Source of the DNA: an uncultured Spartobacteria bacterium
Lineage (GTDB): Bacteria > Verrucomicrobiota > Verrucomicrobiia > Chthoniobacterales > Chthoniobacteraceae
Direction of reading: 5' to 3'
DNA: 64,000 nt
NCBI GenBank assembly: GCA_903933715.1
Contig: CAIZLD010000029.1
Coordinates: 16,696-80,695 of the forward strand
Position numbers and translations under genes: made by a program. The notes below the pieces were generated by a model. It had not been told where the DNA came from and did no database searches. It was given only the letters and a program-made list of their open reading frames with translations. This document shows, in pieces, positions 1-8,843 of this stretch. Each line of letters starts with the position of its first letter. The first letter of the stretch is position 1.

Positions 1-1812
1 AACGGGCGATTGCAGCGAAATTGGCTGTTGTGCCATTTTGAGCACGGCGCGAACGCGTTCGACGGGGAGCTGAATTTCCTCGGCGACCTCTTCCGGATTC
101 GGCTCGCGCCCGTATTCCTGTACGAGTTGCTTCTGGACGCGCATCAGCTTGTTGATCGTCTCGATCATGTGGACCGGGATGCGGATCGTGCGGGCTTGGT
201 CGGCAATGGAGCGGGTGATCGCCTGCCGAATCCACCAAGTGGCGTAGGTGGAGAATTTGTAGCCGCGGCGGTATTCAAATTTCTCGACCGCCTTCATGAG
301 CCCCATGTTGCCTTCCTGGATCAAGTCGAGGAACGAGAGGCCGCGGTTGGTGTATTTTTTGGCAATGGAGATGACCAGGCGCAGGTTGGCTTCGACCATT
401 TCGGTCTTCGCCTTGAGCGCTTTGCGCAGCCATGATTTGAGCGTCCGGTATTCGGTCGCAAACTCGTCGGGAGACAGCCAGGTGCGGGTCTGGATTTCCT
501 TCTGCTTGGCGATATAGGCGGCGGCCGCGTCCGGTTTGCCGGACTGGGCGCGCTTGGCGATCTCGTCCCGGAGGAAGGAAGCGGTGCGGTATTGCTCGTC
601 CGCGATGTTGACAAATTCCTCGGTCACTTTCTGCTTGAAGTAGAACTTCGGATAGAACTTCTGGAGCGCGGCATGGGCTTTCGCAAATTCCTGGTGAGCC
701 TTGGTGCTGGCGCTCTTGGAATTCTGGGTCATCACGACCTTGTAGGTGCGGGCGGCTTCCGTGGCGGCTTTCTCGACCTGTTCGCACAGCTTCGGCAGCG
801 CCTTCATGTAACGCTCGCGGCTTTCGATTTTTTTGTCGAGGATGACGCGATCAAACCGCTCCCGGCCTTCGTTGAGTTTGTTGGCGAGGTCGAGGTAAGC
901 GCGGGCGATGAACCCGAAATGGTTGACGAATTTTTGGACGTTGAGTTCGGCTTCCTCGATGCGCTTGGAGATTTCGACTTCCTGCTCGCGGGTGAGGAGG
1001 GGGACCTGCCCCATTTGCTTGAGATACATCCGGACGGGGTCGTCCAGAATGTCGAGCTTCGCGTCGGCCTTGTCTTCTTCTTCCTCTTCCTCGGAATCTT
1101 TTTTGCCGTCCTTGTAACTGTCAACCTGGGAGGCATCGATGATATCGATCTCCATCCCGCGCAAACGGTTGAGGATCGCTTCCATCTCGTCAGGCTCGTT
1201 GACGCTGTCAGGCAGTGACTCATTAAGATCGTCAAAGGTGAGATAGCCTTGTTCCTTGGCGAGCTTGATGAGCTCACGAAGTTTTTCCGCCATTTCCGGC
1301 GCATCGACATTAAAGGGAACAGGAGCTTCCACCGGAGCAGCGACTTTACTGCTTTTTTCGGCTTTGGCAGGTGCAGCTTTGGCAGGTGCGGCTTTGGCTG
1401 GCGCGGCTTTGGCTGGCGCGGCTTTGGCTGGCGCGGCTTTGGCAGGTGCAGCTTTGACAGGTGCAGCTTTGGCAGGTGCGGCTTTGGCTGGCGCGGCTGC
1501 TTTAGCCGGAGCAGGTTTCGCGGGGGCCGCTTTAACCGGAACGGCTTTGACTGCGGTTTTGTGCTTGGGAGCGGGGGTTTTTGAAGCCGGTTTCGCAGCT
1601 TTTTTTGCAACCGGTTTTGGAGCCGGTTTGGAGGTCGCTTTAGTGGCCGGTTTGGCCTTATGCACCACACTCTTTGCGGTTACAGCTTTGGCGGCAGCTT
1701 TTGCCACCGGTTTTTTGCTCGGAATCGGAGCCGCTTTTTTAGCAGGCTTGGCGGCTGGGGCGGGAGTGCGTTTAGAAGCGGGAGAAGCAGTTTTCTTGGT
1801 CGATTTGGACAT
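1..1812 (-). CDS. rpoD: RNA polymerase housekeeping sigma-70, 3'-truncated by the window edge, with a K/A/P-rich N-terminal extension
   Basis: Absent from the ORF track because it runs off the window. The reverse-complement frame from ATG 1812..1810 is stop-free to nt 1. It contains region 1.1 ([23 protein letters not shown]), region 2 ([76 protein letters not shown]) and region 3 ([21 protein letters not shown]). An alternative in-frame ATG lies at 1293. Confidence 0.9.
   Translation of the reverse strand, partial: MSKSTKKTASPASKRTPAPAAKPAKKAAPIPSKKPVAKAAAKAVTAKSVVHKAKPATKATSKPAPKPVAKKAAKPASKTPAPKHKTAVKAVPVKAAPAKPAPAKAAAPAKAAPAKAAPVKAAPAKAAPAKAAPAKAAPAKAAPAKAAPAKAEKSSKVAAPVEAPVPFNVDAPEMAEKLRELIKLAKEQGYLTFDDLNESLPDSVNEPDEMEAILNRLRGMEIDIIDASQVDSYKDGKKDSEEEEEEDKADAKLDILDDPVRMYLKQMGQVPLLTREQEVEISKRIEEAELNVQKFVNHFGFIARAYLDLANKLNEGRERFDRVILDKKIESRERYMKALPKLCEQVEKAATEAARTYKVVMTQNSKSASTKAHQEFAKAHAALQKFYPKFYFKQKVTEEFVNIADEQYRTASFLRDEIAKRAQSGKPDAAAAYIAKQKEIQTRTWLSPDEFATEYRTLKSWLRKALKAKTEMVEANLRLVISIAKKYTNRGLSFLDLIQEGNMGLMKAVEKFEYRRGYKFSTYATWWIRQAITRSIADQARTIRIPVHMIETINKLMRVQKQLVQEYGREPNPEEVAEEIQLPVERVRAVLKMAQQPISLQSPV
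1361..1495 (-). repeat. Nine head-to-tail 15-bp tandem repeats (GCTTTGGCWGGYGCR on the + strand) encoding (AKAAP)n inside the rpoD 5' region
   Basis: Direct reading of lines 1321-1500. The units start at 1361, 1376, 1391, 1406, 1421, 1436, 1451, 1466 and 1481, in frame with rpoD. Confidence 0.85.
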
Positions 1813-1981
1813 ACCCAGGCGGTTTCGAAACCTTTGTGTTTCGCTCCCAAAGCAAGTTTTTACAGCAGGAGCGACAAAGGCCGGGTAATATGGAGACTGG
1901 TTTGGAAGAGGTCAAGGAGTTGTTTCAAACTATTTTTAAGTTTTTATCATAAATGATGAAAAAAGTTGGGCGCGCTTTCTT

Positions 1982-3787
1982 TTAAGATCGCATCGCATTA
2001 ATCCGCTGCTGGAGTTCGAGTACGCGTTGCTGAAGTCTCAGGGTCTCCGCGGGCTCAACCGTTGGCATCCGCATCCGGGCGGCTGCGGCATCGCGAAGGC
2101 GCTCCAGATTGCGGCGTTCCAAGTCGCGCCAACAGTCGGCGGCTTGCCGGAGCGGGTCCGGGGGAAGCGTCTTTACATCCAAAAGCTCGGCCAAGGCGGA
2201 CTGCGCTTCGGCATCGCAACTCGCCAGGAAGGCTCCCAAGGTCGCGGGGACTGCCGGATCGAAGCGCCCTCTCATTACAATAGACAGGAGTTCGGCCTCC
2301 GGGAGCGGCGCAAAGAGGCTTTCCCAAGGTTGGGTCAGCAACCAGGAACGGACTTCGGGACTTCCCAGCGCCAAACGGCAGAGGAGACGCGTGGTATTGC
2401 TCAACGGGGCCAGCCGGGGTTGGGATTCGGTGGGGGAATTATCCTGGTCCTCTGATTCTCGCGTCCGCGACGGCTTGGGAGGGGCTTTGAGGAGCGAGAC
2501 GAAATACTCGGGCTGCATTTCCAACCGGGCGCTGACGTTGTGGATGACGGCTTCGCGGAGCAGGGGATCGGAAACCAGCACGACACTTTCCGCCATTTTG
2601 CGGGCAAAATCGGCTTTGCCCTTGGGAGTGGCAAATTCCGGATCGGCGGCGGCGCGTTCGATCTGAAACTCAAAAAAATCGCGGGCTTGGGCGATCTGCC
2701 GGATAAAAGCGTCGGCTCCCTCGGTTCGGATGAGGGAATCGGGATCTTGGCCCACCGGCATCTCGGCCACGCGCACGGAAAGCCCGGCTTCAAGCAAATG
2801 AGGCAGTGACTTCCCGGCGGCTTTTAACCCGGCGGCGTCGGAGTCGAAGCAGAGGATTACTTCGTCCACGTAACGCTTCAAAATCTGCGCCTGCCGCTGG
2901 GTGAAGGCGGTCCCCTGAGAGGCGGTGACGTTCTGCACGCCCGCTTCGTAGGCGGTAATGAGGTCGATTTGACCCTCGACGACGATCGCCGCTTTTTTGT
3001 CGATCAGCGGCCGTTTCGTTTTTTGGAGGCCAAATAAGACGTTCCCTTTAATAAAGAGCGGCGTTTCGGGCGAGTTAACGTATTTCCCGCCAAAAGCATC
3101 GGGGTTGAGCACGCGCCCGCTGAAGGCGATCACCTCGCCAATGTCGTTGCAGATGGGGAACATCAACCGGTCGCGGAAGCGGTCGTAGAAATTCCCGCTG
3201 CGCCGCCCTTGTTCGTCCTCTTTCCAGGTCACCAGCCCGCTGGCGATGATTTCGTCGTCCCGATAACCGGCCCCGATCGCCCAGCCCGTAAGGGCGTCCC
3301 ACGACTCGGGCGCATACCCGAGCTTCCAGCTTTTGGCGACTTCCACGGTGAATCCCCGTTTCTTTAAGTAATCCCGGGCTCCTTGCGCCGCCTTGGTCCG
3401 CATTAAATTAGTATGGAACCATTGCGCCGCCCCCGCATGCAAGGCGAGCAGACGCTGTTTGAGTTTCTGATGGGCGCTCTCCTCGGCGCTCATCGGTTCT
3501 TCTTCGACCCGGATGCCCGCCTTTGCCGCAAGCCGCTTGATCGCTTCGGGGTAATTAACGTTCTCGTAAAGTTCGACAAATTTGAACACCCCGCCGCCCG
3601 CGCCACATCCGAAACATTTGAAGATTTGCCGGGCCGGATTAACGCTGAAGGAGGCGGTTTTCTCGTGATGGAAGGGACAGCATGCCTTGTAGGCTGACCC
3701 GGCCCGTTTGAGCGGAAAATAGCTCGAAATGACATCGACGATGTCATTTGCCTGCGCAATCTGCTCAATGAGGTGTTCGGGAATCAT
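1982..3787 (-). CDS. dnaG: DNA primase
   Basis: 601-aa ORF. It has the N-terminal CHC2 zinc finger (CCPFHHEKTASFSVNPARQIFKCFGCGAGG), a TOPRIM region (IVVEGQIDLI ... CFDSDAAG), and sits immediately upstream of rpoD in the classical dnaG-rpoD order. Confidence 0.95.
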   Translation of the reverse strand: MIPEHLIEQIAQANDIVDVISSYFPLKRAGSAYKACCPFHHEKTASFSVNPARQIFKCFGCGAGGGVFKFVELYENVNYPEAIKRLAAKAGIRVEEEPMSAEESAHQKLKQRLLALHAGAAQWFHTNLMRTKAAQGARDYLKKRGFTVEVAKSWKLGYAPESWDALTGWAIGAGYRDDEIIASGLVTWKEDEQGRRSGNFYDRFRDRLMFPICNDIGEVIAFSGRVLNPDAFGGKYVNSPETPLFIKGNVLFGLQKTKRPLIDKKAAIVVEGQIDLITAYEAGVQNVTASQGTAFTQRQAQILKRYVDEVILCFDSDAAGLKAAGKSLPHLLEAGLSVRVAEMPVGQDPDSLIRTEGADAFIRQIAQARDFFEFQIERAAADPEFATPKGKADFARKMAESVVLVSDPLLREAVIHNVSARLEMQPEYFVSLLKAPPKPSRTRESEDQDNSPTESQPRLAPLSNTTRLLCRLALGSPEVRSWLLTQPWESLFAPLPEAELLSIVMRGRFDPAVPATLGAFLASCDAEAQSALAELLDVKTLPPDPLRQAADCWRDLERRNLERLRDAAAARMRMPTVEPAETLRLQQRVLELQQRINAMRS

Positions 3788-3840
3788 GAAGGGCGAAACA
3801 CCGTAACCAACGCCGGGGGAAAACGCCAGAGAAGTTCGGG

Positions 3841-4191
3841 CTACGATTTACCGCCGGGGTCTTTGTGGCGGTAATGGAGCACTTGGACGGTTTCCAGCGT
3901 GGCCAGGCCGCCTTCGAGCAACTCGTCGAGCACCGGAAGGAACTGGTTGATCTTCTCCCGGCTGTCGATGATCTCTATTATAATAGGGAGATCCATGGAG
4001 AGGCGCAGAATTTTGGAGGTATGGATTCGGCTCGATGCCCCGAACCCGAGCGGCCCGCGCAGAACGGTCGCCCCGGCCATCTGCATTTCGCGGGCCTTCA
4101 GGACCAGCACCTCGTAAAGCGGCTTGTGGTCGAAACGATCGCTTTCTCCGATGAAAATGCGCAGCAACGTCGATTCTTCTGGGATTTCCAT
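3841..4191 (-). CDS. DUF190 (PII-like) protein commonly paired with CrcB
   Basis: Internal ATG at 4191 of tracked ORF 3841..4527. MEIPEESTLLRIFIGESDRFDHKPLYEVLVLKAREMQMAGATVLRGPLGFG is typical DUF190. It lies 2 nt downstream of the crcB stop. Confidence 0.8.
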   Translation of the reverse strand: MEIPEESTLLRIFIGESDRFDHKPLYEVLVLKAREMQMAGATVLRGPLGFGASSRIHTSKILRLSMDLPIIIEIIDSREKINQFLPVLDELLEGGLATLETVQVLHYRHKDPGGKS

Positions 4192-4193
4192 AA

Positions 4194-4583
4194 TCAGATT
4201 CGGTTGATTGTCAGGGCAAGCAGATGGCCCAGCCACACCGCAACAAGGCACGCCACCAGCGAGAGCACCGCGTTCGCTCCCGCCGCAAACCATTCGCCGT
4301 CGCGGGCGAGATTGAGGGTTTGCAGGCTGAACGAAGAAAACGTCGTATACCCACCGCAGATCCCCAGCATCACAAACTGACGCAGACCGGGACTGGCCCA
4401 GACCCGGCCTTCCGGATCGGTCAGGGTGGCAAAAAGACCGATCACAAACGAGCCGCTGATGTTGACGACCAGCGTCCCCAGGGGGAAGAATTCGCCCGCC
4501 CTTTGAGCCACAAAACCGGATACCCAATAGCGGCCGACGCTTCCCAAAGCTCCGCCCAGCGCAATTAAGAGATATTCGATCAT
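4194..4583 (-). CDS. crcB: Fluoride ion channel CrcB/FluC
   Basis: 129 aa from the ATG at 4583 (MIEYLLIALGGALGSVGRYWVSG...GTLVVNISGSFVIG...GICGGYTTFSSFS). Four TM segments and the CrcB signature GG(F/Y)TTFS(T/S)F. Confidence 0.9.
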   Translation of the reverse strand: MIEYLLIALGGALGSVGRYWVSGFVAQRAGEFFPLGTLVVNISGSFVIGLFATLTDPEGRVWASPGLRQFVMLGICGGYTTFSSFSLQTLNLARDGEWFAAGANAVLSLVACLVAVWLGHLLALTINRI

Positions 4584-5669
4584 GATGGTTGAACCGTGAT
4601 CATAGGAACTAAAAGTCGCGGAATACAACGCAAAATGCCTACCCTCGCGCTCCATGCAAGATTCGTCTTTTGGCGAGGCGAGGGGATTACACCCCCGGCG
4701 ATAAAATTTTTTGCCTGATGTTTTCACATACGAACTTTATGGAGCCATATCGTTCGTGATACGAATGAATATTGCACAAAAAGAACTACTTATTTTAAGA
4801 ATCACGCCCGATTAGCGGGAATTGTGGGTCTTTATCTTAAGAACCGTCTGGAACCCAGCATGGGTGTGTTACACCTTTTGGAACTTGGAGGGTGTCACAC
4901 ACCCGGGGATGCGTGCTTACATTATCAGAGTAGTCCTGACTGGTTCGCTTGTTGGAAACGGCAAACCTGAACTGCCGTTAACCGAAAGCTGTGAAGTTAT
5001 CCCCAACACCGAATCGGCTTCGGATCGTTAGCCCTGAATCCATGCGGGGGGCACTCCAAGCCTCTTCGGGCGCACACCATTCAGACTCGGTAAATGGCTC
5101 GAAATAGAGCAACTGTTTACCACAGGAATCGCGGCTCTGCGCAAGCCTGAGGAAAAGCTTTTCCAGAAGCGGATTGCTGGCTGTCGTTTAAATTCGAATC
5201 CACCGGGGATAAACCAGCGGGCAGACGGGATCTCTCTAAAAAAGGAAGAAGCTATTTGCGGCACCTGGCTCAATTGCAAACGATCCGTCCGCCGGATCGA
5301 ATCGAAGGGCCGAATTTGAAGGATCGCCCGACTTAAAATGGCGGTTGTGCGCAAGTTATTCACGGCGCAATTCACCACCCTTGAATAACTCCGGGCGCGA
5401 CAACCCTCCGGCATGGCGGGCAAAAAATATCACACAAGTTGTTCACAAGAGGCCAACCCCCTGCGCCGGAATCGAATATACACAACATCCTACAATCTAT
5501 GTCATATAAAATTGCGGTAGGAGAGATTTGCCGCGTTCGATTTAGCGGTTTTTCAATTTGGCGGTCCCTGTAAATCCATCCCCGGCATGTAATGGGAAAA
5601 CGCCCGTTAGTTCCCCTGGCCAGGAATCCCGTGAATTTGACATTCGCTCGCATGGGGCGATGTTGTGGT

Positions 5670-5720
5670 GGAGTTCTGAGGGGGTTGCTGGTTTTTCCTC
5701 TTCGGAACTCCGCTTTTTTT
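5670..5720 (+). terminator. Intrinsic terminator-like hairpin with a U-tract on the plus strand only
   Basis: GGAGTTC (5670-5676) pairs with GAACTCC (5705-5711), with an inner GAGG/CCTC pairing, followed by GC and TTTTTTT (5714-5720). It ends 17 nt before the stop of the convergent lipoprotein gene and may also serve that gene weakly. Confidence 0.6.
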
Positions 5721-5736
5721 AAGCCCAAAAACAGGA

Positions 5737-7245
5737 TTACCCGGCCGATCGCTTCGGCACAGACTTCCGCGATACCGAGGGCTTTACGGGGGCCGGTTGT
5801 GGCGTTTGGCTCGGAACCGGCGTGGGCGGCGCAATCACCGGTTTCGGCGACGGCTGCGGGGTTGTTATCACGGGAATCCCTCCGGGCAATCCAATCGATG
5901 GCAATGCTGGAGTTGCCGTGCCGCTTCCATATGGGACCGGCACCAGCGGTGGCGTGGGGGTTGGCACCGGGGTCGGCGTGGGGGTTGGAGTCGGCAACGG
6001 GGCCGGTTTGGAAAGCTCTTCCCATGTATAAAGCGTGCCGCCAAAACCACCCAACTCATTAAGGAGCCCTGCCACCCGTTCCCGGATGCGGGGCAGATCG
6101 GGCGGCCCGAATGGTTTTTCGGCCGTGTTGGGAAAATAAAGATAGGTTACTTTGAGCGGAGAAACCGCGCGGGTAAGCGCCGTGGTTAAAGGGTTGATCG
6201 CCTTCCCGATCCGTAGCGACGCTTCGCCCACGACGTCCCGCGGCCCGATGTCCCCCACGATGGCGGGATAGATGATCGACCCGCAAATCACGGCACAGTA
6301 GTCCCCCACCCTTGCCTGAAACGCCGGGTCCATGCCTTCCGCTAGCAGCCCCGGCAATACGACATACGGATCGGTCTCGGCCAGCAGAAAGCTGCACGTT
6401 TTGAGCAAATTAACCTCATACCGGGCGGCTCCGACGGATTCCCTCAACGCATGGAGACGCGGCTCACCCAACGCTTTGCTTTGCGCAACCTCGTTCTCCA
6501 GAGCCTTCAGCCGGGCTTGTCGCCCCGGCAAAAACGGGTTGTTGAGCACGGTCCGCTTGGGCCATCGATAACTGGTCATCGGCTGGAAGGTTGGGTCGCT
6601 CGGATTGACTACGGGAAGCCGGTCCGGGTCGGAACCGTCGGTATCCACGTCCATATCCGCCTGGAGCAGCAACGCGGCGCGCTGAGTCGCGGGATGGCGT
6701 AGTTCCAGGATGGTTTCGCAATCAAAGAAATTGTGCCGCGAAAGCAGCGCATCGAGCCGTGCGAGGTTCCGCTGGAGCACCAGCACCTTGCGTGCGTACA
6801 GATCCTCAAAGCGATCGGAGACCCGGGCTTGCGGGAGCATCTCGGTTAAACCCGGCAAAACGGTTGGCAATGCCTCGTTTAATTTCGAAAGCGAGCGCAG
6901 GTCGCGGTTGGCGGTGGGAACTTTGACCTTCACGTTGAGTTCCAGGCTGTAGCTCCCTTCGGTCGATTCCTCTTGCGTGGCGGTCCCGCCTGGTTCGGTG
7001 GCCACTTGGGAGCGGAGCAGCATCCCGTTGAAAAGTTTGGAGACCTCCATCCGCTTTTGCGGAATCCAAATCGGGGTCGGTTTGGGAGTCGGCGCAGGAG
7101 TTGCGGCCGCCTTCGGCTCGCAAACCCATTTCCACGCGCGTTTGCAGCCGGAAAGCGGACTTAAGCAGAGAACGGCGATCGCGAGGGTGAGAGCGAATTT
7201 GGCAGGCATTGCTCTTATGTTTGCCTCGGGATGCCGCGATTTCAA
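5737..7245 (-). CDS. Lipoprotein with a GH75 (chitosanase-like) domain and a Pro/Thr-rich C-terminal tail
   Basis: Lipobox LSPLSGC follows a signal peptide (alternative start at 7209, MPAKFALTL). Three motifs line up with fungal GH75 chitosanases as I remember them: DMDVDTDG (cf. MDIDCDG), DPYVVLPG (cf. HPYVVFG) and YPAIVGDIGPRDVVGEAS (cf. YGIWGDTNGGVSTGEAS). The C-terminus is a PTPTPTPTPVPTPTP tract. Confidence 0.7.
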   Translation of the reverse strand: MKSRHPEANIRAMPAKFALTLAIAVLCLSPLSGCKRAWKWVCEPKAAATPAPTPKPTPIWIPQKRMEVSKLFNGMLLRSQVATEPGGTATQEESTEGSYSLELNVKVKVPTANRDLRSLSKLNEALPTVLPGLTEMLPQARVSDRFEDLYARKVLVLQRNLARLDALLSRHNFFDCETILELRHPATQRAALLLQADMDVDTDGSDPDRLPVVNPSDPTFQPMTSYRWPKRTVLNNPFLPGRQARLKALENEVAQSKALGEPRLHALRESVGAARYEVNLLKTCSFLLAETDPYVVLPGLLAEGMDPAFQARVGDYCAVICGSIIYPAIVGDIGPRDVVGEASLRIGKAINPLTTALTRAVSPLKVTYLYFPNTAEKPFGPPDLPRIRERVAGLLNELGGFGGTLYTWEELSKPAPLPTPTPTPTPVPTPTPPLVPVPYGSGTATPALPSIGLPGGIPVITTPQPSPKPVIAPPTPVPSQTPQPAPVKPSVSRKSVPKRSAG

Positions 7246-7248
7246 CCG

Positions 7249-7644
7249 CTACTTTTTGGCAAATGCTATCAGGGTAAGCACCATGCCGATTCCGCTCAAA
7301 ATGGCCATCGCAATCACGTCAAGCGGCGCCCGGTTGACCATAACCTTGGGAATATATTGACCTGAAAGACCGGCGGTGGCCAAAAGCCCCAAAATCAAGC
7401 CGGGCGTCAGGTATTCCACATGCGACTCCCCGTAATGAACTAAAAAACCGGCCGCAACCAGAGTCAGCCCGCAAACAAGCCCAAGCGCCAGCGATTGAAT
7501 ACTCTTGGTCTTCCAAAAAGCCACCAAGCCCCCCAGGAGGGTCAAGACTCCAAAAACAAAGTAATAAATCTCGGTGGTTTCGATCACAAAGGGGGTCATA
7601 AGCCAAACGGCCCGCGCTGTCACCCAAAAGATAATTCGCAACAC
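7249..7644 (-). CDS. TMEM14/UPF0136-like small membrane protein
   Basis: 131 aa with four hydrophobic helices. LLGGLVAFWKTKSIQSLALGLVCG resembles the TMEM14 signature GGxxGYxKxGSxxSLxAGxxxG. Its stop lies 3 nt before the lipoprotein ORF. Confidence 0.6.
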   Translation of the reverse strand: MLRIIFWVTARAVWLMTPFVIETTEIYYFVFGVLTLLGGLVAFWKTKSIQSLALGLVCGLTLVAAGFLVHYGESHVEYLTPGLILGLLATAGLSGQYIPKVMVNRAPLDVIAMAILSGIGMVLTLIAFAKK

Positions 7645-7749
7645 ACATAATCAGGAAGCATATCATTCAGGCCGCGAAGTTTTCGAATCTGGAGCCCATC
7701 CCTTTCTCTGGGGTTTGACATTTGAACCACAACAGGGCAGAAAAGCCCG

Positions 7750-8838
7750 ATGTTGCCCCTTCCGACAGTAGCTGCCCGGTATTCTGGGCATTCTGACGTT
7801 CGGAAATGCTTGAATATCCAGGTCTTGCGCGGAATCGCGGCCATAATGGTCGTTTGTTTTCACGCCATCATCTACTATTTCTCGGTCCCGGAGTATCACA
7901 CGATGCCAGACTGGGCTTATTACGGTGCCGCAGGGGTGGATCTCTTTTTCGTCATCAGCGGCTTTGTAATGGTTCACGTGACGCAGCACCGTTTCGGCTC
8001 CCTGGCCAGCCAATTGGATTTTCTGCATGGCCGCATTACTAGGATCTATCCGCCTTACTGGGTGGCAACCCTGCCAGTCATCGTCGCCTGCCTGCTTTTT
8101 TCAAACGGAATCAACCTGACGCTTAACTCGAAAACCCTCTTTACCTCGTTTTTTCTTTTTCCGACGGGAGGCTTCCCGCTGTTGCGTGTCGGCTGGAGCC
8201 TGATCCATGAGATCTATTTTTACGTCGTATTTTCGTTTTTCCTGCTTGGGAAACGGGAATCTCTCGGCAAAAAACTCCTGTTCTGGGCGCTTTTGATATT
8301 GGGGGCGGCTGTGTATCTCCCGGCTTCCTGGCGGCAAATCCCCCTCGTAAACCTCATCTTCAACCCGTTTACCCTGGAGTTTATCGCGGGGTGTTTCCTG
8401 GGTCTCCTGGCATGGCCCAAAAACCTGAAATACGGTCCATTGCTGATGGTCGGCGGCTTTATCCTGCTGATGGGTGGGACGCTCCTCATGCCGGAAAAAG
8501 CTCCCGTGACCGGAGACTGGAGGCCGCTTTTCCTCGGGGTTCCCGCGTTCCTGATCGCCAGCGGAGCCTTGGCGATGGAACACAACGCCCAGATCCTCAG
8601 TTGGAGCTTGCTCCAACGGCTGGGCGACGCCTCATTTCAAATCTACCTCTGGCATAACACGGTGGTTTCCGCCATTTCGCGCTACTCCCTCAGATTTGCG
8701 ATGCCCAACAGCCTGCGTTGCCTTTTGACGATTGTGTGCGGGGTTACCGTCGGCTACCTGGCCCATCTCTATATCGAGAAACCGCTATTGCGCCTCACGC
8801 GGAATTGGCACATGAAGCGTCCTCTCCCTCCGGCGTAA
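7750..8838 (+). CDS. Acyltransferase family 3 (O-acyltransferase) membrane protein
   Basis: LNIQVLRGIAAIMVVCFHA ... GVDLFFVISGFVM ... W(S)LxxEIYFY motifs and about 10 TM segments. Confidence 0.85.
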   Translation: MLPLPTVAARYSGHSDVRKCLNIQVLRGIAAIMVVCFHAIIYYFSVPEYHTMPDWAYYGAAGVDLFFVISGFVMVHVTQHRFGSLASQLDFLHGRITRIYPPYWVATLPVIVACLLFSNGINLTLNSKTLFTSFFLFPTGGFPLLRVGWSLIHEIYFYVVFSFFLLGKRESLGKKLLFWALLILGAAVYLPASWRQIPLVNLIFNPFTLEFIAGCFLGLLAWPKNLKYGPLLMVGGFILLMGGTLLMPEKAPVTGDWRPLFLGVPAFLIASGALAMEHNAQILSWSLLQRLGDASFQIYLWHNTVVSAISRYSLRFAMPNSLRCLLTIVCGVTVGYLAHLYIEKPLLRLTRNWHMKRPLPPA

Positions 8839-8843
8839 ACGCC

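Noticed and set aside
1361-1495. Regular 15-bp periodic array that might be taken for a mini CRISPR or satellite
   Set aside because: There are no spacers; the units are contiguous and in frame within a coding region. It is a coding tandem repeat.
804-1670. Tracked 288-aa minus-strand ORF ([14 protein letters not shown]...) within the rpoD region
   Set aside because: It is the wrong frame of rpoD. The true frame, open from 1812 to the window edge, carries the sigma-70 regions. This ORF's repetitive PKPRQPKP content is just the 15-bp repeat read out of frame.
4584-4740. Expected a fluoride riboswitch (crcB motif) in the leader of crcB
   Set aside because: Reading the minus-strand leader, I could not find the conserved GGCGAUG...AAACGC...CUGAUGA..CCUAC core. 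The only AUGCCUAC-like string (around 4636-4643) is on the plus strand, antisense to crcB, with poor flanking pairing. A cmsearch with RF01734 would settle it.
5148-5210. RNase P-like GAGGAAAAGC string and a tRNA/tmRNA-like TTCGAATCC T-loop string
   Set aside because: GAGGAAAAGC lacks the GAGGAAAGUCCGG continuation and is part of a simple palindrome. The TTCGAATCC at 5193-5201 has no complementary 5-bp T-stem (5' flank TTTAA against 3' CACCG) and no acceptor or CCA context.
5822-6031. Plus-strand ORF encoding GVGVGTGVGVGVGVG
   Set aside because: It is the antisense reading of the PT-rich C-terminal tail of the GH75-like lipoprotein.
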